DNA of 64,000 nt, taken from assembly GCA_002269645.1 (NCBI GenBank), contig NIVC01000835.1, forward strand, positions 248,001 to 312,000, written 5' to 3'. Position 1 is the stretch's first letter. The number at the start of each line of letters is the position of its first letter. Positions 12,275 to 21,961 of this stretch are shown in pieces. Both the position numbers and the translations under genes were made by a program. The DNA comes from Macrostomum lignano (Eukaryota). The notes below the pieces were generated by a model that saw only the letters and a program-made list of their open reading frames with translations, did not search any database and had not been told where the DNA came from.

Positions 12275-12428
12275 TCACCGTCTCCTGCTTAAATTCTCTC
12301 CTCCCTCTGTCTACTTGATTCCCCACCGATTCCTCCCTCAATTCGTTCCGTCACCGTCACCGTCTCCTGCTTAAATTCTCTCCTCCCTCTGTCTACTTGA
12401 TTCCCCACCGATTCCTCCCTCAATTCGT
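12275..12428. repeat. ~72-bp near-perfect tandem duplication preceding the 21-bp array
   Basis: TCACCGTCTCCTGCTTAAATTCTCTCCTCCCTCTGTCTACTTGATTCCCCACCGATTCCTCCCTCAATTCGT occurs twice. Confidence 0.9.
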
Positions 12429-12449
12429 CGCATACTATCTCTTGATTTC

Positions 12450-14145
12450 CTATCTAATCCCCTCGATTCCCCATCTAATCCCGTCGATTCCTCATCTAAT
12501 CCCCTCAATTCCCCATCTTATCCCCTCGATTCCCCATCTAATCCCCTCGATTCCCCATCTAATCCCCTCGATTCCCCATCTTATCCCCTCGATTCCCCAT
12601 CTAATCCCCTCGATTCCCCATCTAATCCCCTCGGCTCGATTCCCCATCTAATCCCCTCGATTCCCCATCTAATCCCCTCGATTCCCCATCTAATCCCCTC
12701 GATTCCCCATCTAATCCCCTCGATTCCACATCTAATCCCCTAGATTCCCCATCTAATCCCCTCGATTCCACATCTAATCCCCTCGATTTCACATCTAATC
12801 CCCTCGATTCCCCATCTAATCCCCTCGATTCCACATCTAATCCCCTAGATTCCCCATCTAATCCCCTCGATTCCACATCTAATCCCCTCGATTTCACATC
12901 TAATCCCCTCGATTCCCCATCTAATCCCCTCAATTCCCCATCTTATCCCCTCGATTCCCCATCTAATCCCCTCGATTCCCCATCTTATCCCCTCGATTCC
13001 CCATCTAATCCCCTCGATTCCCCATCTAATCCCCTCGATTCCCCATCTAATCCCTCGATTCCCCATCTAATCCCCTCGATTCCCCATCTAATCCCCTCGA
13101 TTCCCCATCTAATCCCCTCGATTCCACATCTAATCCCCTAGATTCCCCATCTAATCCCCTCGATTCCACATCTAATCCCCTCGATTCCACATCTAATCCC
13201 CTCGATTCCACATCTAATCCCCTCGATTTCACATCTAATCCCCTCGATTCCCCATCTAATCCCCTCGATTCCACATCTAATCCCCTCGATTCCACATCTA
13301 ATCCCCTCGATTCCACATCTAATCCCCTCGATTCCACATCTAATCCCCTCGATTTCACATCTAATCCCCTCGATTCCACATCTAATCCCCTCGATTTCAC
13401 ATCTAATCCCCTCGATTCCCCATCTAATCCCCTCGATTTCACATCTAATCCCCTCGATTCCACATCTAATCCCCTCGATTTCACATCTAATCCCCTCGAT
13501 TTCACATCTAATCCCCTCGATTCCACATCTAATCCCCTCGATTTCACATCTAATCCCCTCGATTCCACATCTAATCCCCTCGATTTCACATCTAATCCCC
13601 TCGATTCCACATCTAATCCCCTCGATTTCACATCTAATCCCCTCGATTTCACATCTAATCCCCTCGATTTCACATCTAATCCCCTCGATTCCACATCTAA
13701 TCCCCTCGATTTCACATCTAATCCCCTCGATTCCACATCTAATCCCCTCGATTTCACATCTAATCCCCTCGATTCCCCATCTAATCCCCTCGATTTCACA
13801 TCTAATCCCCTCGATTCCACATCTAATCCCCTCGATTTCACATCTAATCCCCTCGATTCCACATCTAATCCCCTCGATTTCACATCTAATCCCCTCGATT
13901 CCACATCTAATCCCCTCGATTTCACATCTAATCCCCTCGATTCCCCATCTAATCCCCTCGATTTCACATCTAATCCCCTCGATTCCCCATCTAATCCCCT
14001 CGATTCCCCATCTAATCCCCTCGATTTCACATCTAATCCCCTCGATTCCCCATCTAATCCCCTCGATTCCACATCTAATCCCCTCGATTCCCCATCTAAT
14101 CCCCTCGATTCCACATCTAATCCCCTCGATTCCACATCTAATCCG
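12450..14145. repeat. Minisatellite, 21-bp unit CCCCTCGATTCC(C/A)CATCTAAT
   Basis: About 80 copies; C-rich on plus. Confidence 0.97.
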
Positions 14146-14536
14146 CACTCTATGTTTCATCAGTCACCGCAGCAACCATGCGAGTAAATGCTCTTGAATC
14201 GGATTCTCTATTCGCGTCCGACATTCTGATTGGTCCAAGACGCCGCGATGGCGAACAGAGCCGTTTACAAATTTTACTTAATTAATTGTGAAAAATAGAA
14301 ATGAAGCTTCAACTTGATTAGTTGTCACTTGTGTAATGTACGAACGTATTACCCATCATCTGGTTCAACTTTGTTGCTAATGAAATGTTTCTCCGCGTGT
14401 GGCTGACTGATCGCTAATTAATTAAAGTGTGTGCTAAATTATTTTTCCAGTCTTTTTCCTTCTTGTGCATCAATAAGCAAACATATTAATCAACGCAGCT
14501 TGCAGTTTGTTACTTTTTTAACCCAGAATTTTTCAG

Positions 14537-15870
14537 GTAGGGAGGGAGTGAGGAAGAGGAGGGAGTAGGGAGGGAGTGAGGAAGAGTGGGGAGTAGGGAG
14601 GGAGTGAGGGAGAGGAGGGAGTGAGGGAGAGTAGGGAGGGAGTGAGGAAGAGTGGGGAGTAGGGAGGGAGTGAGGGAGAGGAGGGAGTGAGGGAGAGGAG
14701 GGAGTGAGGGAGAGGAGGGAGTGAGGGAGAGGAGGGAAGTGAGAGAGAGTAGGGAGAGGAGTGAGGAAGAGTGGGGAGTAGGGAGGGAGTGAGAGAGAGT
14801 AGGGAGAGGAGTGAGGAAGAGTGGGGAGTAGGGAGGGAGTGAGGGAGAGGAGGGAGTGAGGGAGAGGAGGGGAGTGAGAGAGAGTAGGGAGAGGAGTGAG
14901 GAAGAGTGGGGAGTAGGGAGGGAGTGAGGGAGAGGAGGGGAGTGAGGGAGAGTAGGGAGAGGAGTGAGGAAGAGTGGGAGTAGGGAGGGAGTGAGGGAGA
15001 GGAGGGGAGTGAGGGAGAGTAGGGAGGGAGTGAGGGAGAGGAGGGGAGTGAGAGAGAGTAGGGAGAGGAGTGAGGAAGAGTGGGGAGTAGGGAGGGAGTG
15101 AGGGAGAGTAGGGAGGGAGTGAGGGAGAGGAGGGAGTGAGGGAGAGGAGGGAGTGAGGGAGAGGAGGGAAGTGAGAGAGAGTAGGGAGAGGAGTGAGGAA
15201 GAGTGGGGAGTAGGGAGGGAGTGAGAGAGAGTAGGGAGAGGAGTGAGGAAGAGTGGGGAGTAGGGAGGGAGTGAGGGAGAGTAGGGAGGGAGTGAGGGAG
15301 AGGAGGGAGTGAGGGAGAGGAGGGGAGTGAGAGAGAGTAGGGAGAGGAGTGAGGAAGAGTGGGGAGTAGGGAGGGAGTGAGGGAGAGGAGTGAGGAAGAG
15401 TGGGGAGTAGGGAGGGAGTGAGGGAGAGGAGGGGAGTGAGGGAGAGTAGGGAGAGGAGTGGGGGAGAGGAGGGGAGTGAGGGAGAGTAGGGAGAGGAGTG
15501 AGGAAGAGTGGGAGTAGGGAGGGAGTGAGGGAGAGGAGGGGAGTGAGGGAGAGTAGGGAGAGGAGGGGAGTGAGGGAGAGTAGGGAGAGGAGGGGAGTGA
15601 GGGAGAGGAGGGGAGTGAGGGAGAGTAGGGAGAGGAGGGAGAGTAGGGAGAGGAGGGGAGTGAGGGAGAGTAGGGAGAGGAGTGAGGAAGAGTGGGGAGA
15701 GGAGTGAGGAAGAGTGGGGAGTAGGGAGGGAGTGAGGGAGAGGAGGGGAGTGAGGGAGAGTAGGGAGAGGAGTGAGGAAGAGTGGGGAGTAGGGAGAGGA
15801 GTGAGGGAGAGGAGGGGAGTGAGAAAGAGTAAGGAGGGAGTGAGGGAGAGTGCGGAAGGGAGTGAGGAGA
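14537..15870. repeat. Polypurine minisatellite (GGGAGTGAGGGAGAGGAG / GAGTAGGGAG variants, 18-22-bp units)
   Basis: About 1.3 kb essentially devoid of C on plus; lies downstream of the DUSP 3' end (minus-strand AATAAA near 15890). Confidence 0.95.
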
Positions 15871-16082
15871 GAGTACCCAAGGTAGTTAAATATTTATTTT
15901 TTCAAAGTGAAAAGCATCTTTGCTTAGCTATTAAGCAGTGTATAAAAACTTATTAATTTGAGTGGTGCTTCGGAATCGGAGCATAAATAATTTTTATCAG
16001 ACACTCGAAATCAGGAAGCGTCTCAAAAATCGGGCTCTGTGGCTTGATCGCTAATAATGGATCAAATGGCCGGCAGATCGAG

Positions 16083-18417
16083 TCATTCGTCCTGATTCTG
16101 GCAGCGCTGAATCTCCGGCATCTCCTGCAGCTGCAGGCCGCGCTCAACAAATCGCTTTGAGTAGCGCTCGAGTCTGCTGCGATCCAGTCCGACTTTCCAC
16201 CAGTCGCCCAGCTCGTATTTAATATTGGACCAGACCTTCCTGGCCCATTTGGTCTTGAAGTCCAGCAACTGGCTGATAAATGCAGTGTTGATGTTGATCT
16301 TGCTGCGCATCACCTTCAGCGCTTGGAGGATTCTGCGGCGGGAGTTTAACGGGAAGAAACCGGATTTCTCTGCGACATATTGGATAAATTGGATTTAGCA
16401 CGAGTCTGAGGTTTTGCGAAATTCGAATGGCCCAAATTGACTGCTAACCCTAATCTGTCTGTAAAACGCGGCCACACTAATTTGGGACTTGTGCACGAAA
16501 ATTGGCCCTAGGGGTTGTACGATTTACAGTCACGAGGGTCGAACTCTCAAGGCACAGAGAGTGTACATGCCTGACGATTGGAAAGTCAGGGCAGTTCTAC
16601 ACCCTGTGTGAGCGTGTGTGAGTGCGTGCCTGCCTCATTGCTTAGTCAAACATTCGTAGCAATGCTAAAACCAAGTCTTATAAATCGACACTGAAAAAGC
16701 GCTTTATTGACTCACTCAACGAGCTCCATGTCGTCAGCCAGGCACATCAGATAGGCGGTGACAATTGCTGGCGAGCGCGATACGCCCTGTCGATCATTTT
16801 TTGTTGTTTATAAGTATCACACTAAACTTGCATGTGAGTGGCGCCTCTGACACCCAAATTGGCGCCCCTGACACCCAACTTGGTGCCCCTGACACTTAAC
16901 GCATGTGAGTGGCACCCCTGACACCCAACTTGCATGCGAGTGGCACCCCTGACACCCAACTTGCATGCGAGTGGCACCCCTGACACCCAACTTGCATGTG
17001 AGTGGCACCCCTGACACCCAACTTGCATGCGAGTGGCACCCCTGACACCCAACTTGCATGCGAGTGGCACCCCTGACACCCAACTTGCATGCGAGTGGCA
17101 CCCCTGACACCCAACTTGCATGCGAGTGGCACCCCTGACACCCAACTTGCATGCGAGTGGCACCCCTGACACCCAACTTGCATGTGAGTGGCACCCCTGA
17201 CACCCAACTTTCATGCGAGTGGCGCCCCTGACACCCAACTTGCATGTGAGTGGCACCCCTGACTCGGGAATACTCGGGATCCCGGGAATACTCGGGGATC
17301 CCGGGAATACACCCAACTTGCATGTGAGTGGCGCCCCTGACACCCAATTTGCATGTGAGTGGCGCCCCTGACACCCAACTTGCATGTGAGTGGCGCCCTG
17401 ACACCCAACTTTCATGTGAGTGGCGCTCCTGACACCCAACTTGCATGTGAGTGGCGCCCCTGACACCCAACTTGCATGTGAGTGGCGCCCCTGACACCCA
17501 ACTTGCATGTGAGTGGCGTTCTTGACACCCAACTTGCATGTGAGTGGCGCCCTGACACCCAACTTTCATGTGAGTGGCGTCCCTGACACCCAACTTGCAT
17601 GTGAGTGGCGCCCTGACACCCAACTTGCATGTGAGTGGCGCCCTGACACCCAACTTTCATGTGAGTGGCGCCCCTGACACCCAACTTTCATGTGAGTGGC
17701 GCCCCTGACATCCAACTTGCATGTGAGTGGTGCCCCTGACACCCAACTTGCATGTGAGTGGCACCCCTGACACCCAACTTGGGACCCCCTGACACCCAAC
17801 TTGCATGTGAGTGGCGCCCCTGACACCCAACTTGCATGTGAGTGGCACCCCTGACACCCAACTTGGGACCCCCTGACACCCAACTTGCATGTGAGTGGCG
17901 CCCCTGACACCCAACTTGCATGTGAGTGGCACCCCTGACACCCAACTTGGGACCCCTGACACCCAATTTGCATGTGAGTGGCAGCCTCTGACACCCACAG
18001 TGGCACCGTGGAACCAAGGCCTATGCCGCGCACCTGATTGCAGTGCACCAGCACATTCTTATCGTGAACTCGGCCGTGGTGAGTGAACAAAGCGCAGCTG
18101 TCAAAGTGCATGCTGATCTGGGACTTGGTCAAATCTCCAACGTAATACTGCAGCAATGGCAGGTCCTCGCCAGTAGCCGGATTGTGCATGGTGGTGTGCA
18201 CCAGCTCCTCGTAGCCTTCGCCGCAGTCGCTGACGCTGACAATCTGACGGATGTTGTACAGAGTCAGGTAGTAGGGCGTCAGGGTTTCTATGCTGCCAAC
18301 GTAGAGCCTGTCCAGCACCTTGTTGCACGGCATGTCGACCACGATCTGCAGGCCGCGCGACAGACTCTCGGCGAATACAACTCGGTCGTTTTGTCGACCA
18401 ACCTTGTGTTGGATCAT
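16083..18417 (-). CDS. DUSP22: Atypical dual-specificity phosphatase, DUSP22/DUSP15-like; exons 18417-18034, 16786-16716, 16332-16083 (234 aa; 206 aa if started at Met 18333)
   Basis: NKVLDRLYVGS...VGD (general acid Asp)...VLVHCNQ|GVSRSPAIVTAYLM...MRSKININTAFISQLLDF. The HCxxGxSRS motif is split by intron 1; phases are compatible. Paralog assignment is uncertain. Confidence 0.85.
16455..16650 (+). mobile_element. Headless copy of SINE family B in DUSP intron 2
   Basis: GCGGCCACACTAATTTGGG...AGAGAGTGTACATGCCTGACGATTGGAAAGTCAGGGC...CTGTGTGAG aligns by eye with the minus-strand copies at ~49.8 kb and ~61.2 kb. Confidence 0.65.
16818..17992. repeat. Intronic minisatellite, 31-bp unit GGCACCCCTGACACCCAACTTGCATGTGAGT
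   Basis: About 36 copies filling DUSP intron 1, interrupted by a foreign 47-bp insert at 17264-17310. Confidence 0.96.
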
Positions 18418-18711
18418 TCCGACTACGCGCCGCCTTTTTATCCCAAAAGAGTTAACACAAGGTCTACGCGTTTCAATAAGTCTTCTTGCCAGCCGATTTA
18501 TTATGGATCTAAACTACTAGCACAACATATTTGATAGCTGCATCGTTTGTGGGCCAAATCAGGAACCAATTTGAGACCGTGGATGAAAGATATATATAGG
18601 CATAGAGGAAGAATAATACTCGTATTGCTACTTCCGTTCTAACGAACGAAGAACTTTACCGTTTACCTAGGTGATTTTGTAAGTCCTTCCTTTGGTGGGG
18701 GCTGTTACAAC

Positions 18712-19822
18712 TAGGGAATACAAAATCCCGAGTTTTGCCAATCCCGGAATTCTCGGGATCGGGATATCCCGGACTTTGCCAATCCCGGGATCCCGACAAA
18801 TTGGGCCGGGATCCCGTGATTAAAAAATTTTGTAATCATTGTTGGTGCAATTTTGGTTTACGAAGCCATCTACATAGTCTGATTTTAAATGGCTTTCAAT
18901 AATTAAATAGAACAGAATAAAATATTTTGCTAACAAGAAGCTGACAGTGAACTCTGAATTGGAGTGTGATGTACGGACTGGAGTATTAGACGTGTTTTTA
19001 CATGCCAGTATCAGCTCAAGAAAATCACACTTGATTGCGATGTAACCTGGGGAATGACAGCTTACAGAGCTATGACCCGAGGTACTGATGTCAGGGTAGA
19101 AGGGGATCAGACCTCACCCAGAGGCAAACCGCGCTAGCTTGGATTGCGGTCCGATAGCAAGGTCCCACTGTTCTAATCCCAACTACGGCCAAGGAGTTTT
19201 GAAGGTAGTGTCTGCTTAATGTACATGTAGTTCTGCCACCGCCCCTATGCTGGGCATCTCAAAGGTGTCCTGACAGTGCTGAGGTGCTGAGAATGAGGTC
19301 TTTCGCATAGAGGGGGACTTTTTAGCTGGGTTTGAGATAGAGGGGAGCTCAAATGAGCAATTATTTGACTCCCGTCTGGCAAGCTATAGCGCTGTGATCG
19401 GAAACAATGAGGAATTGGCTTCTATTGCTTTAGGCTCTGTGCACAGGTTTTAGAATAACATAATTACATTAGTCTGCGAGTACCATATGTACACAGTTGC
19501 ACATAAATTATTACACCTGAAATCTCCTTCGATATGCCAACACCTTCAGTTTTGTATCCCTGCAGCCCTAGCCAACTCACTAAGCCTGCGTGTTTAAAAG
19601 ATTAATAAATCAAAGCAGCCCAACTGGGTTATGATTTTCACCTGACAGTAGCTCAGCTGCAGATCCTCAAACCGGGATTGGGATCCCGATGGTCAATCCC
19701 GGACAAGTGTGATCCCGGGATTTAGAATCCCGGGATTCAGGCATAATCGAAATCCCGGGATTCAGAATCCCGGGATTTGGGCCTAATCCCGGGATTTCGG
19801 TATCCCGGGATTGTATTCCCTA
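18712..19822. mobile_element. Non-autonomous hAT-type DNA transposon, 1111 bp
   Basis: 12-bp perfect TIR TAGGGAATACAA...TTGTATTCCCTA; perfect 8-bp TSD GTTACAAC (18704-18711 and 19823-19830); many subterminal AATCCCGGGA(T) motifs at both ends. An 8-bp TSD with TAGGG ends is typical of hAT. No transposase ORF. Confidence 0.88.
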
Positions 19823-19838
19823 GTTACAACATTTCAAA

Positions 19839-20141
19839 GGGCCTGTCAGCTCAAGCTCATAAAGTAGAGCCCGAGTAACCTATGTACACAACTGATGCGT
19901 CATTCTGTTCACATTGACACCAGGAAGTTGAGTTTGGCAAAAGTGACGAAAGTTGGAATTGGGATAAGGGAGAACAAGCAAGGGGATGATTGGGAATATT
20001 ATGTCAACTTAAGCTCATAAAGTAGTAAGTAGTCCCTTATTATCGAAATCCAGCTTCCTGGTGTCACTGTGAACAGAATGACGCATCATTTGTGTACATA
20101 GTTACTCGGGCTCCACTTTATGAGCTTAAGTTGACAGGCCC
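19839..20141. mobile_element. Fold-back MITE, ~300 bp with ~90-bp imperfect TIRs (GGGCCTGTCA...TGACAGGCCC)
   Basis: 19839-19930 is the reverse complement of ~20050-20141 with few mismatches. An extra internal copy of TGTCAACTTAAGCTCATAAAGT lies near 20002. No clear TSD. Confidence 0.75.
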
Positions 20142-20789
20142 ACAACATAAAACTGCACTGGTTATCGGGGTTGTGATTGCGACGCTGGTAAAATTCGGGA
20201 TTGTGAAAGCCCCCCTCCCTATGCATCTACATGCAAGATGCAAAAATCCAGGAGGAGCTGGAATTACATACGCTCGTATGCACTTATTTTTTAGATTTAG
20301 AACTTCAAAAGGACGAAATTAGAACTCGATAGAGAAATGAAAATACCGCTATAACCTACATGCATTTGAATACTGCTTTGTGTTTGTTTTAACGTAGAGG
20401 CGGGTGGGAGACGCTTTGAGAACTCAGCCAGCCCGCCCGTTTTATCTACACTGATTCCCTTTATATGCAGGGAATGTACAAATCTGAAAATGTACATTTA
20501 GACGGGGAAGGGGAGGGGTGGATCGCGGTAGAGCCATCAACCAATGATAAGCGAGCCCTGAGGAGACGCTGGTTGAGGGGTTTTGGCTCGATATCACCCC
20601 AACACCCAACCACGCCAGCAATTAAAGAGTAAACAACTACGCTCGTATATAAGGCAACTTTGTTCACTTAGCTTAAAGGAGAGGGACGGGACTTTTAATT
20701 GAGCCTTGAGCGGGGCAATCAAGGAATTAAAGAAGCTTAAAATCCAAACTAAACTAAACCCGTCCCACTTAAAATTGGCACGCGACGCA

Positions 20790-21299
20790 ATGTTAGACGC
20801 TGTTGAAGCTGAAGCACACAGCTTTGCCTTCAGCCCTCGACGCTGTTGCGCCAGCACCTGCGATGGCACCGCCCTCTCGCCGCCCGGCCCGGACGGCGCC
20901 CCGGTCCGGCTGCATCCGTTTCCGCGAGACGACGCTACCGCACTACGCTGGCGGTCAATCCTAGAGCTGACGCCGGTACCGCTAGAAGAGATTCGCCGAC
21001 GCGGCTGGAAGGTTTGCAGTCGGCATTTTGACCCAGCCGACTACACGCAGTCCCGGCCCGCTCCTGTGGCGGTTCGCGGCGGCAACTCGGTCACGAGCCG
21101 GCTGAAGCAAGGCGCCATCCCGCTGCTTGAGCTGGTGCTGCCGCGCCTGACGCGCATTATTGACGACCCGAAACCACGGCGCAGAGCTGCAGGGCGCAGT
21201 ACTGGCAATAACGACGACGACAGCAACTCGCCGCCAACTCTGCAGCGAGTCTGCATGCGTCAGCATGTGCGCAAATCATACTACTCACGAAAATCGTGA
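20790..21299 (+). CDS. THAP-domain (C2CH zinc finger) protein, ~169 aa, single exon
   Basis: RRCCASTC...LHPFPRD...RW...KVCSRHF...RLKQGAIP reproduces the THAP signature (Cx2-4C, P, W, CxxHF, AVP box). The ATG at 20790 is in frame with the track ORF 20706-21299. Confidence 0.8.
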   Translation: MLDAVEAEAHSFAFSPRRCCASTCDGTALSPPGPDGAPVRLHPFPRDDATALRWRSILELTPVPLEEIRRRGWKVCSRHFDPADYTQSRPAPVAVRGGNSVTSRLKQGAIPLLELVLPRLTRIIDDPKPRRRAAGRSTGNNDDDSNSPPTLQRVCMRQHVRKSYYSRKS

Positions 21300-21961
21300 T
21301 CAAAGAGAAAATTTGTTTAATATTGCTGGATTTCGAGTGTCTGCCTATATTTCCTACACAAATTCCTACATGATCACTGAGTTATAACTTCTCAATATGT
21401 TAACAGGTTTTTAGTGTACTTTAAAGCCCCCCTTAGGGGCGAATGTATAGCTTCCCTAACTGCATATGAATTGCCTTGCTTGCTCTTAAAAATGTTCAAA
21501 AATCCTTCATACAAGTATATTCTTCCTGTAGTTATTTTGCCGTTTTGTTGTGTTTTTACAAATAAATAACAGCTATTTACCGTTACTTTATTCACTTTGT
21601 TTAAAATAATTGACAAGCAATTCAGGTTTTTTAATGTCCAGGTGACGGTCAAAAAAGCTTTTTTTGCAGAAAATGCAATAGCGACAGCCAGTGAGTCAAT
21701 CTTTTCAGAGCAGGCCAGTTGAAAAAGGTTACCAAATTTATTTAGTATTTTTGACACCTGTTTCTAAGAAAACAGCGAGGGCGTTCCGTCTGGACAGGTT
21801 AAACAGCGAACAAAAACTATTTTAACAAGCATCTGCAACTATAACCCACTATGACATAATAATACTTGCGCAAAACAAGATTACAGCAAAATGTTCATTA
21901 AGTCTACTAACAGTAGTTTGCGATAAATTAATATCAGGAGAAACTACATTTAAATTCTCGG

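Noticed and set aside
20399-20438. GC-rich hairpin GGCGGGTGG...CCAGCCCGCC
   Set aside because: An isolated short stem with no associated feature; could be chance or a TE fragment.
20141-21960. Autonomous P/THAP transposon
   Set aside because: No transposase catalytic region, and no TIR/TSD bracketing the THAP ORF was found.
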